NCBI RefSeq assembly: GCF_000092105.1
Contig: NC_014148.1
Location: forward strand, 5,130,001-5,162,000
Source: Planctopirus limnophila DSM 3776
Lineage (GTDB): Bacteria; Planctomycetota; Planctomycetia; Planctomycetales; Planctomycetaceae
Reading direction: 5' to 3'
Length of the DNA: 32,000 bases
Shown piece by piece: positions 16,100 through 23,428 of the stretch. Positions within the stretch are counted from its first letter, which is position 1. Every line of letters begins with the position of its first letter. Made by a program: the position numbers and the translations under genes. Below the pieces are notes generated by a model. The model made no database searches, was not told where the DNA came from, and worked only from the letters and a program-made list of their open reading frames with translations.

Positions 16100-17926
16100 T
16101 CAATTTCCCTGTTGTACCACACTCTGAGACTGCTGCTCTGGAAGATGATCCAATGCCAGTTCATAACACGCCGCCATTTCGGCATTGCGCAGATAAAGTT
16201 TGGAACCAATGACCACGGGATGATTCCAGGTCTTGCCTTCGATGGCGGGGAACCGGGCCAGCTCAACAGGCTTCGCAGGATCAGCCTTCAATAACACCAC
16301 TTCGCCTGTTTCACTGGTGACCAGGAGTTGACCCGCATCGGGCAGCAGCAAAACCTGGCCATTCCCGTAGCGACCCCGCTTCCACGCACGTTTGCCGGTT
16401 TCTAACGAAACACAGGAAAAGATGTTGCCATCAAAGCCATAGAGGTAGTTCTGATATTCAACGAAGTCATTGAAATCCGGCTTCAAATCGCGAGAAGTCC
16501 AGTCTTCAGTCACTTCCCACTGATCACCCTTTTGGCGTGCTGTCACCTTGCGAGTTCCCAACCCTAAGCTCGTGGCTATGAACGCCGAGTTTCCTACCAC
16601 CAGTGGCTGCAAGGCCCGATAATTGTCGCCAGCCCAGCGATGTTCCCAGATTGTGTGACCATCTGTGACATCCAGAAATTGCAGACCGGCATTCGTACTC
16701 ATGAGCAACCCGCTCACACCATCAAATGACGCCAGTTGAGCTGAACTGTAGCTGTGATCTCCCGAAGGGACTGACCACGCCAGTTCGCCATCAGCCGCCC
16801 GATATGCCAGCACACCTTTATTTTCCGCGCCACCGGCATGCACAATCACCAATCCCTGCACCACTAATGGTGATGAGGCAAAACCCCACATGGGTGGTTT
16901 TCTCCCGGCATCCACCTGGAGATCGCGCGTCCAGCGCTTGGCTCCCGTGACTGGGTCCATTGCCAGGAGCACTCCATTGGCTCCGAGGGCAAAGAGACCT
17001 TCATCGGCAATGGTGGGCGTTGCCCGCGGACCGGCTCCCGCCACAGCTTCCCAGAAGCGGCTGGGATATGTTGTGGCCCAGATCGTCTCACCGGTGGTCG
17101 TATTCAAGCAGACCACAGCTTCGTCTTCGCCGCGCTGTTCCTGAGTGAAGAGCCGATTTCCTGCGACAGAAAATGATGACCAACCGGGGCCAATCGGTTT
17201 CTTCCAGAGCGATTTCGGAGGTGTCTCCTCCCAGTTCGACTTCAGGACAATCCCCGGTTGACGTCCATCACGAGCCGCCCCTCGAAACGCCGGCCAAGCG
17301 GCATCTGCCAGCAGAATCTTCTCCGATGGAGCAGGGCTGGGAGTCTCAGCAGCCTGACTGGCGACTGTTTGCAGATACCGCTCTTCAGCAGTCGGGATCC
17401 ACCGCCAGGAGAGTTCGGGTTGAAAGGTTCCGTCCACCCCAGCCGATTGCAACGAATCCCAGTATCCTAAGGTGAGAGCCACTGCTCCCAGTGCCACTGG
17501 CAATCGCCATTTCGGCTGAGCTGCCAGAAGACATAAACTCACAGCAAAAGCGCCCACGCCATAAGGCACGACATACATGATGGCATTCATGTTGGCCAAA
17601 CTCGGATGCAGAAGCGTGATGGAAATTCCGATCAAGGCGATGGTGAGCAGGGCACCCAGCAGCCGTTCGCGAATCGTGGAGCGACTGAATGTGACCCACC
17701 ACAGCAGAATCAACACACCTGCGACGGCAGGGCCCAGAAAACTCGCAAAAATTACAGGTAAAGAGGGTGCCTCCACCACGGCAGGTATCATGCGGAGTAG
17801 AAACATCAGCACCACGAGGAATGCCGCCGGCCACCAGCGTAATGTGCTCGGCTGAACCGCAGGAGTCGATGCCCCTTCCGGATGGCTTGCCGGTTCCGAA
17901 GGACTGGTTGATGAAGTCGTCGTCAT
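16100..17926 (-). CDS. membrane-anchored PQQ-like (BamB-like) beta-propeller repeat protein
   Basis: The N-terminal ~170 aa contain about 5 TM helices. They are followed by AWPAFRGAARDG...WSSFSVAGNRLFTQEQRGEDEAVVCLNTTTGETIW...GPRATPTIADEGLFALGANGVLLAMDPVTGAKRW... and further repeated blades, which are typical of PQQ_2-type propellers. ATG at 17926. Confidence 0.85.
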   Translation of the reverse strand: MTTTSSTSPSEPASHPEGASTPAVQPSTLRWWPAAFLVVLMFLLRMIPAVVEAPSLPVIFASFLGPAVAGVLILLWWVTFSRSTIRERLLGALLTIALIGISITLLHPSLANMNAIMYVVPYGVGAFAVSLCLLAAQPKWRLPVALGAVALTLGYWDSLQSAGVDGTFQPELSWRWIPTAEERYLQTVASQAAETPSPAPSEKILLADAAWPAFRGAARDGRQPGIVLKSNWEETPPKSLWKKPIGPGWSSFSVAGNRLFTQEQRGEDEAVVCLNTTTGETIWATTYPSRFWEAVAGAGPRATPTIADEGLFALGANGVLLAMDPVTGAKRWTRDLQVDAGRKPPMWGFASSPLVVQGLVIVHAGGAENKGVLAYRAADGELAWSVPSGDHSYSSAQLASFDGVSGLLMSTNAGLQFLDVTDGHTIWEHRWAGDNYRALQPLVVGNSAFIATSLGLGTRKVTARQKGDQWEVTEDWTSRDLKPDFNDFVEYQNYLYGFDGNIFSCVSLETGKRAWKRGRYGNGQVLLLPDAGQLLVTSETGEVVLLKADPAKPVELARFPAIEGKTWNHPVVIGSKLYLRNAEMAACYELALDHLPEQQSQSVVQQGN

Positions 17927-18006
17927 ATTCGTAGTCCTAAAAGTTACATTTCTTGTGACGAAGAATGTCGTTTCAAAGTCGTTTGTGTCAGCTGTCCTGC
18001 TCGCGA

Positions 18007-18570
18007 TCAGCGTGTGGTTTTGCCTTTTCGTGAACCCGATACGGCTTTGGTCTTTTCAACCAGCCGAATGGTTTGGGAGTGTTTTTTGGCAGCCGCTGGT
18101 TGGCGTTCTTCCTCCGAGGGGCAGCAGATTCCCAGTTTGATCATGCGATTGACAACCATCTGCGAGAATTCTGCCACGCTGGTGCGTCCCAGATTCCGGC
18201 GGAAGACCGCTTCGGCCTCAGCAATCACCTCTCGCAACACAGCTTCAATATGTTCTCCGACCAAGCATTCATCCCGCTCGACTTCGCGTGGAAAACTGAT
18301 CAGCGATGTGCCAGATTCCACCACGGCATCAAAGACTTCTCCCAGATGAATCGCACTGGCGGGCCGGGCCAAACGCGAGCCACCGCTCGCCCCGCGACGA
18401 GTTTCAATCAACCCCGCTTTCTGCAACTGGGTCAGCAACCGGCGGACAACCACCGAATGGGTATTGATACTTCGCCCCAACTCATCCGAAGAGACCCACT
18501 CCACACCTTGCTCACCCTGCCAGGCCAGATACCCCAGCACATGAGCCGCAACAGTAAACCGCGTATCCAT
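18007..18570 (-). CDS. Rrf2-family transcriptional regulator, cluster-less YwnA-like subgroup
   Basis: MDTRFTVAAHVLGYLA...SSDELGRSINTHSVVVRRLLTQLQKAGLIETRRGASGGSRLARP is the Rrf2 winged HTH. There is only one mid-protein Cys (DECLVGEH) plus a C-terminal CC pair, so the IscR/NsrR three-Cys Fe-S ligand spacing is absent. ORF-track start 18573 is TTG; the adjacent ATG is at 18570. Confidence 0.85.
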   Translation of the reverse strand: MDTRFTVAAHVLGYLAWQGEQGVEWVSSDELGRSINTHSVVVRRLLTQLQKAGLIETRRGASGGSRLARPASAIHLGEVFDAVVESGTSLISFPREVERDECLVGEHIEAVLREVIAEAEAVFRRNLGRTSVAEFSQMVVNRMIKLGICCPSEEERQPAAAKKHSQTIRLVEKTKAVSGSRKGKTTR

Positions 18571-18613
18571 CAAATCAGCACCGCTTCAGCACAAATGTAA
18601 TTCCCTCAGATAC

Positions 18614-18641
18614 AATATAGAGCTTCTCTCGTCTGTGTCAA
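18614..18641 (-). promoter_or_regulatory. near-consensus sigma70-type promoter for the Rrf2 gene (TTGACA-N16-TATATT)
   Basis: The minus strand reads CTTGACACAGACGAGAGAAGCTCTATATTG. The -35 TTGACA is at 18641-18636 and the -10 TATATT at 18619-18614, with a 16-nt spacer. This matches 11 of 12 consensus positions. It lies ~45 nt upstream of ATG 18570. Confidence 0.45.
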
Positions 18642-18687
18642 GACAAGACCAGTCGGGAACACGAGGATGTCTGCGATCTTTCCGGCA

Positions 18688-18715
18688 GTTGGAAGTGGGA
18701 AGTTGGAAGTGGGAA
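18688..18715. repeat. perfect tandem direct repeat, 2 x 14 nt (GTTGGAAGTGGGAA), followed by a degenerate purine-rich continuation
   Basis: Copies at 18688-18701 and 18702-18715, followed by GAAGAGTGGAGAAGGGTGAA. It lies in the divergent region between Rrf2 (minus) and the 18829 gene (plus). Its core TTGG-AAGTGG resembles the 7822 repeat (TTGGCAAGTGG). Confidence 0.85.
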
Positions 18716-18777
18716 GAAGAGTGGAGAAGGGTGAAACTGGTGGGTACTTTTTGAGGAGGGTGTCAGTGATTGATTCA

Positions 18778-18812
18778 TCGGAGCACTGCTGGAGAGCCAG
18801 AAGTGGCACTCG
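18778..18812. repeat. 35-nt palindromic element, copy A (TCGGAGCACTGCTGGAGAGCCAGAAGTGGCACTCG)
   Basis: 32/35 nt identical to copy B at 20508-20542. Stem CACTGCTGG (18784-18792) pairs with CCAGAAGTG (18797-18805) with one mismatch; the loop is AGAG. It ends 16 nt before ATG 18829. Confidence 0.8.
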
Positions 18813-18828
18813 CTTTGGGGACTACGAC

Positions 18829-19347
18829 ATGAACATGCTTTGGCGAATTGTATCCGCAATAGGGTTTTCTCTGTTTGCCATATGCGTGATCGGGATTTCT
18901 TTCTGCATCAGTAAGGATATTTATTCATCTGGAGATCTCAATGCGTATCTTGCAATGAGAAAAGATGCCTCGCCTTTGAAGCTGGCTTTGGATCAGGGAA
19001 TTCTGCGTCAAGGCTCGTCAATCGAGGAGTTGCTTGCCGTTGCCACTCCGCGATCACGGCAAGAGTTCGGCCGCTGCGTGATTTACTACAACTTCGACAG
19101 CGATCTCGGTAAGGACCGCGCTTCGGTCTGGATGGTGGATGGAAAAATGACAGCAGCCTACTCTAACAATTGGAAATTTTTTGACTCGACACCTCCGGAA
19201 ATAAAGACTTCGATCTCGCGAATTGGTCGCGGGAGAATTCGCGTGGGCTACTTTCCTCACGAGATTCAGGAGCTTCGAGAGATCGAAGAAGCGGAAATGG
19301 CCAAGTTGAAGGGGCAGGTGATGAAAGATGCCGTTCCACCCAAGTGA
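18829..19347 (+). CDS. hypothetical membrane-anchored protein (172 aa)
   Basis: I chose the start at ATG 18829 (MNMLWRIVSAIGFSLFAICVIGISFCI, an N-terminal TM). The longer ORF-track start 18667 would translate through the tandem repeat and the palindromic element. No recognisable domain. Confidence 0.5.
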   Translation: MNMLWRIVSAIGFSLFAICVIGISFCISKDIYSSGDLNAYLAMRKDASPLKLALDQGILRQGSSIEELLAVATPRSRQEFGRCVIYYNFDSDLGKDRASVWMVDGKMTAAYSNNWKFFDSTPPEIKTSISRIGRGRIRVGYFPHEIQELREIEEAEMAKLKGQVMKDAVPPK

Positions 19348-19445
19348 CCACTGAGGCAAAGTGACCAGCGAGATGATTTTGAAAGGCAAGTTTCCTTAAA
19401 CGTGGAGTGAACCAACAACTTCGTGAAGATGTCCAACGACTGCCG

Positions 19446-19466
19446 GATTGTCGAGCAGCGACAATC
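19446..19466 (+). terminator. hairpin GATTGTCG-AGCAG-CGACAATC (8-bp perfect stem) between the two hypothetical genes
   Basis: Read directly from the sequence, ~100 nt after the stop of the 18829 gene. No following T-tract, so terminator function is tentative. Confidence 0.3.
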
Positions 19467-19507
19467 TGTGCCGTGCGATTCATAGATAAACAGTGGATAA
19501 ACTCGTG

Positions 19508-20233
19508 ATGTGGGAGTCAGCCAACTATACAATCGAGGTTTCACAAGTCCCTTCGCCTTCCAGCCAAGTGGTTGGGGTGGAACTCGAAGAAACTGTGTAT
19601 CGCAAGGTATGCCGGATCGATCATGGTGAGCCTGGATTTTGTGTCATTCACTTGGGATCCGACATCGAATCGCAAGCACTGAGAGGTTTTCAAGTCATCC
19701 TCAAGAATCAGTTGGCCAGAATTCATCGGGAGCGTGTCGCAAAAGACTTTGTGTGTTGGTCGGCTGGCCGCTTCGATCAGCAGGAATCGACGAAATTGCA
19801 TCGCGACGGCGGGCCAAATGAGAGCCTGTTGGTGCTTGGCTATGAACCAAGTGAAGTCCGGTCGCAACTGGCCATGGCCGACTTCTCCAAATGTGCCGTC
19901 GACCTGGGGATAACTCCCGCCGAAGTGCTGGAGCGATTCAACCCGATGTTCATGCCGGGTGAAGAAAAACTCTCGCCTTACACAACAGCCCTCACATCGT
20001 TCGATCCCGCCAGACCGCAGATCGTGGTGATCAACAACAGCGTTGCGGCTCTCGGGAGCGGAAGTTTGCAAGGGGTGCTTCACACCGCCACCATCCCGTC
20101 GCCGCTGCCGCATCACCGCCGGGTGATCAACTCGATGATGCTGGCGTCGGTGCCACTTGGAACTGCTCCACAGGTTTCCGAAGAGGCGTTGCGGGATTTC
20201 GTGACCACACAGGATGTCAAACGGCGTTACTGA
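19508..20233 (+). CDS. hypothetical protein (241 aa) with possible HxD...H metal triad
   Basis: First ATG at 19508 (MWESANYTIEV...); ORF-track start 19493 is GTG. LHRDGGPNESLLVLGYEPS (H-R-D at 19799-19807) and QGVLHTA (His at 20081-20083) are arranged like the facial triad of cupin/2OG-Fe(II)-type oxygenases. There is no confident family match by eye. Confidence 0.55.
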   Translation: MWESANYTIEVSQVPSPSSQVVGVELEETVYRKVCRIDHGEPGFCVIHLGSDIESQALRGFQVILKNQLARIHRERVAKDFVCWSAGRFDQQESTKLHRDGGPNESLLVLGYEPSEVRSQLAMADFSKCAVDLGITPAEVLERFNPMFMPGEEKLSPYTTALTSFDPARPQIVVINNSVAALGSGSLQGVLHTATIPSPLPHHRRVINSMMLASVPLGTAPQVSEEALRDFVTTQDVKRRY

Positions 20234-20271
20234 TTACCCTATACCCTGCGTATACAGGATTCTGAATGCTG

Positions 20272-20343
20272 GTGGGCTTACTCAGAAGGTCTTGAATCTG
20301 TAGCAGGCTTCCCCACCTTGAGGATTCAACGCTAGAAGCCCAC
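20272..20343. repeat. nested inverted repeats forming a ~72-nt structured intergenic element
   Basis: GTGGGCTT (20272-20279) pairs with AAGCCCAC (20336-20343). Inside it, TTGAATC (20292-20298) pairs with GATTCAA (20323-20329). An alternative pairing is AAGGT (20286-20290) with ACCTT (20315-20319). It lies in the convergent intergenic region. Confidence 0.5.
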
Positions 20344-20507
20344 GTCCTTTCGCAGAGCCTTCAGGGGCGTGCCACACGAGGGAAATGTGCGTTTCACTCT
20401 GGTTCAGGGGGTGGTGAGCTGGCGCCTGTTGATTGACACCTCATGGCTTCGACGGAAGCACGTGCAAAATCGCCAGGCTCGATCCTGGAGCATGTGTGAA
20501 AGTGAGG

Positions 20508-20542
20508 TCGGAGCACTGCTGGCGAGCCAGCAGTGGCACACG
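20508..20542. repeat. 35-nt palindromic element, copy B (TCGGAGCACTGCTGGCGAGCCAGCAGTGGCACACG)
   Basis: Perfect 9-bp stem CACTGCTGG (20514-20522) / CCAGCAGTG (20527-20535) with loop CGAG. It lies 25 nt downstream of the Gfo/Idh/MocA stop (20568, minus). No U-tract follows. Confidence 0.8.
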
Positions 20543-20567
20543 ATGAAGAAGGGTAAGAACGGAAGCT

Positions 20568-22010
20568 TTACACCTGTGGTGCAAAGCCGGGGGCGTAGTG
20601 GGGTCGGGTCCAAAGATTGTTGATGTCAGGTGTGGAGTTCCAGAGGGCGTCGGCACGACTCAAGGAACTGGTTGACGAGTTGACGAAAGGACTGGATTCG
20701 TCGGCTGGCTGTGCTGAAGGAGGAGTGATTTTTCGCGCATGCAGGGTTTGACCTGTTCGCCAGGAGATGTTTCCCAGGTGGCAGAGCATGGTGCTTTTCT
20801 GGCCTTCTTCAATCTCGGCCTGGAGAGGTTGGTTGCCGCGAATCGCTTCAATGAAATTCTCGAAGTGAATCAGATCGCCACCAGTCCCCGTGTTTTTCGC
20901 GATCTCGGCACCATCCATATCGAACGCGCGATAGCCTGAGCCTTCGATCGAGAGGGAACCCTGCTCGCCATAGAACTCAACAAAGGGGAGCTTATCGGGC
21001 CTGCGTGCATGAGAACTGCTCCCTTCCCAGAGAATGCCATGTGTCCCGTAATCAAAGAGGCAGCCGCCGGTATCGGGGGATTCTTGCGTTTTTCCCAGAT
21101 GGTAATGCCCACCCAGATAGCTGACGGCCTGCAGTTGATCTCGTTCACCTTGCTTTCCACCTAACCCCCAGCGAGCCAGATCGAGAGCATGAATGCCGTT
21201 GTTTCCCAGTTCGCCGTTGCCGTAATCCCAGAACCAGTGCCACTGGTAATGCACGAGGTTCTCGACGTAATCCCGGCGAGGGACAGGCCCTTGCCAGAGA
21301 TCAAAATTCAACCCGGCAGGAATGGCGGCTGGAGATTGCGGGCCCACCGGCTTTCTCAAATTGTTGTACCAGCAGCGGGCATAAGTGAGTCGGCCAATGA
21401 TCCCCTCATGCAGCTTGCTGATCGCTTCCTGAATGGCGGGCCAACTGCGCCTCTGGTTGCCCATTTGAACGTGGCGTTGGTGTTTGCGGGCCGCTGCGAC
21501 CATCCAGATCGCTTCCTGGGGATCGTGACTCCCCGGCTTTTCGACATAAACATGTTTGCCGGCGGCACAAGCGAGAATGGTGGCCGGGGCCTGCCAGAAG
21601 TTGGGAGCCGCAATGACGAGTGCATCGACGGTCCGATCATCGAGAATGCGGCGAAAATCGTCGGTCGTCTGAGGGAGAACTGCTGTGGCGGAGGCCTGGG
21701 CCTGTTTGGCAGCGATGGCTTTGAGACCACTATTGAGCCGTTTTTCATCGACATCGCAAATCCATGCCAGTTCGACGCCGGGAGTCGCCAGAGCCGACTG
21801 CACATGAGCCATCCCTCGTCCCAGCCCCATGACACCAATACGAACGCGGTCTGATGATTTCGGGTTGGTTTGGCCGGTGGCAGTTGCGGATTGAGCCGGG
21901 GGTTTCTCCTGAGCACTGGTCGGGTGGGTGATGCTATTGGCAGCGAGCAGGCCCAGCGAGGTTGTGGCGAGAAAATCTCGACGATCCAGAGGAGAGGATG
22001 GAGTATTCAT
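20568..22010 (-). CDS. Gfo/Idh/MocA-family oxidoreductase with twin-arginine (Tat) signal
   Basis: Tat motif LDRRDFLATTSLGLLAA, Rossmann block RIGVMGLGRGMAH, and the conserved EKP motif in KHVYVEKPGSH. 480 aa; ATG at 22010. Confidence 0.9.
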   Translation of the reverse strand: MNTPSSPLDRRDFLATTSLGLLAANSITHPTSAQEKPPAQSATATGQTNPKSSDRVRIGVMGLGRGMAHVQSALATPGVELAWICDVDEKRLNSGLKAIAAKQAQASATAVLPQTTDDFRRILDDRTVDALVIAAPNFWQAPATILACAAGKHVYVEKPGSHDPQEAIWMVAAARKHQRHVQMGNQRRSWPAIQEAISKLHEGIIGRLTYARCWYNNLRKPVGPQSPAAIPAGLNFDLWQGPVPRRDYVENLVHYQWHWFWDYGNGELGNNGIHALDLARWGLGGKQGERDQLQAVSYLGGHYHLGKTQESPDTGGCLFDYGTHGILWEGSSSHARRPDKLPFVEFYGEQGSLSIEGSGYRAFDMDGAEIAKNTGTGGDLIHFENFIEAIRGNQPLQAEIEEGQKSTMLCHLGNISWRTGQTLHARKITPPSAQPADESSPFVNSSTSSLSRADALWNSTPDINNLWTRPHYAPGFAPQV

Positions 22011-22303
22011 AGAAGGTTCTCGTGGCAGATGATTTGCCGGATCAATGGGGAAGGCTGGCGAGTTTGCTTATGTCGGTGGAATTGAAGTTATTGTCAAAGT
22101 GGCGGAGAAATCGCGCAGATTCAAGCTGATTTTTGCGTTTCCTGGTGGTGTCGAAAAACTCGGGGGCACTCCTGGCGTGGCAATTCACACGAAATCTTCA
22201 TCAGAAGATGGTCTTCTTTGGTGGCAGCTTGTCCGCATTCCGCGCTAAGATATGGCGTCGGATGGGAAATGATTTTTTCTTGACCAGCAGATAGGAACCA
22301 CGG

Positions 22304-23242
22304 GTGGCTGATCTACATGCACTTGTTGCCAGGCTGGAGCAGAATATCGGTCTGGCACTTCTGGGTAAGCCCGAGCCTGTCCGTCAATCGCTGGTGGCAT
22401 TGCTTGCTGAAGGGCATCTTCTGGTAGAAGATGCGCCAGGCGTGGGTAAGACTTCGCTGGCGAAAGCGATATCGAAAAGCCTCGATTGCCACTTTACCCG
22501 CCTGCAGTTCACGCCCGATATGCTTCCCAGCGATATTCTCGGGTCGAGTGTCTATCTGCCGAACCTGGGAAACTTTGAGTTTCGTAAAGGACCGATCTTT
22601 ACCAACGTTCTGCTGGCCGACGAAATCAATCGCACGACTCCGCGCACGCAAAGTGCCCTGCTGGAGGCGATGAGCGAAGGACAGGTCTCGATCGAAGGGA
22701 CGACTTACGCTCTGGAGGCGCCGTTCTTTGTACTGGCCACACAAAATCCGTTCGAGTTCGAAGGGACGTATCCGCTGCCTGAGAACCAACTCGACCGCTT
22801 CATGATCTGCATAGAGATCGGTTACCCCGCTCGCGAAGTCGAGAAAGAGGTGCTGGTTAATCATAGGAGTGGTCAACCGGTCGATCGCATTGGGCCTGTT
22901 ATCAGCGGTGACGAGTTACGGCAGCTGCAACTGGCCACACGCGAAGTCAAAGTGGATGACTCGATCAACGACTACATTCTCGATCTGGTGACGGCCACGC
23001 GGACTCATGAAGAACTGCAATTAGGTGTCAGTACGCGCGGGGCGATTACGCTGTACAGGGCAGTGCAGAGTCAGGCCTTTTTGAGTGGGCGTGATTACGC
23101 CATCCCCGATGATGTGAAGGCCCTCGCAGGGCCAGTGCTGGCCCATCGTATTGTGCTCAAGGGCGTGATGCGGGAAGGCCAGAGAGAGCGTTCCAAAGCG
23201 GTAATCCGTCAGATTCTCAACAAGACCGCCACACCGTCGTAA
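22304..23242 (+). CDS. MoxR-family AAA+ ATPase
   Basis: Walker A EDAPGVGKTSLAKAIS and Walker B VLLADEINR. The blocks FTPDMLPSDILG, ATQNPFEFEGTYPLPENQLDRF and GVSTRGAITLYRAVQ are typical of MoxR (AAA_3). GTG start at 22304; no in-frame ATG nearby. Confidence 0.9.
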   Translation: MADLHALVARLEQNIGLALLGKPEPVRQSLVALLAEGHLLVEDAPGVGKTSLAKAISKSLDCHFTRLQFTPDMLPSDILGSSVYLPNLGNFEFRKGPIFTNVLLADEINRTTPRTQSALLEAMSEGQVSIEGTTYALEAPFFVLATQNPFEFEGTYPLPENQLDRFMICIEIGYPAREVEKEVLVNHRSGQPVDRIGPVISGDELRQLQLATREVKVDDSINDYILDLVTATRTHEELQLGVSTRGAITLYRAVQSQAFLSGRDYAIPDDVKALAGPVLAHRIVLKGVMREGQRERSKAVIRQILNKTATPS

Positions 23243-23428
23243 GCGATGATTACCTGCAATTCCTCATCTTTGCGGATCAGCGGCAGGAAGGTTTTGCTTT
23301 TCTGCGAGTGACTCGATAGCTCTTGGAACGTGGCCAACTGTGCCAGCGAACGATACAGGCAAGTGCGAACAGGCATGGCCATCTCGATCGCTCAGGCGTT
23401 GAGCAGCTTCCTAGCAGAAAGGGTCATC

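Noticed and set aside
18007-18570. Calling the Rrf2 regulator an IscR/NsrR/RirA-type iron or Fe-S sensor, and hence the transporter an iron-regulated system
   Set aside because: The three-Cys ligand motif is absent, and the sequence looks like the cluster-less YwnA subgroup. Iron responsiveness cannot be inferred.
18829-19347. Low-GC island suggesting recent horizontal transfer of the 18829 gene
   Set aside because: A hand count gave about 41 percent GC for 18841-18960 but about 57 percent for the next 120 nt. The signal is patchy and too weak to claim without a proper sliding-window calculation.
20268-20346. tRNA-like appearance of the ~75-nt element closed by GTGGGCTT/AAGCCCAC
   Set aside because: It has no T-loop (GTTCGAATC-like) or D-loop sequence and no cloverleaf-compatible arm spacing on either strand. 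I found no other tRNA-like T-arm motif in the window by eye.
18778-20542. Palindromic elements as integron attC sites or cassette boundaries
   Set aside because: There is no integrase in the window. The elements are 35 nt without recognisable R''/R' (RYYYAAC/GTTRRRY) cores. No element separates the two enclosed genes. A REP-like element is the more economical reading.
22222-22236. Sigma-54-like TGGCAGCTTGTCCGC upstream of moxR
   Set aside because: Only the GG-N10-GC spacing matches. The -12 TTGC element is missing and no enhancer-binding protein gene is nearby. This is likely a chance match.
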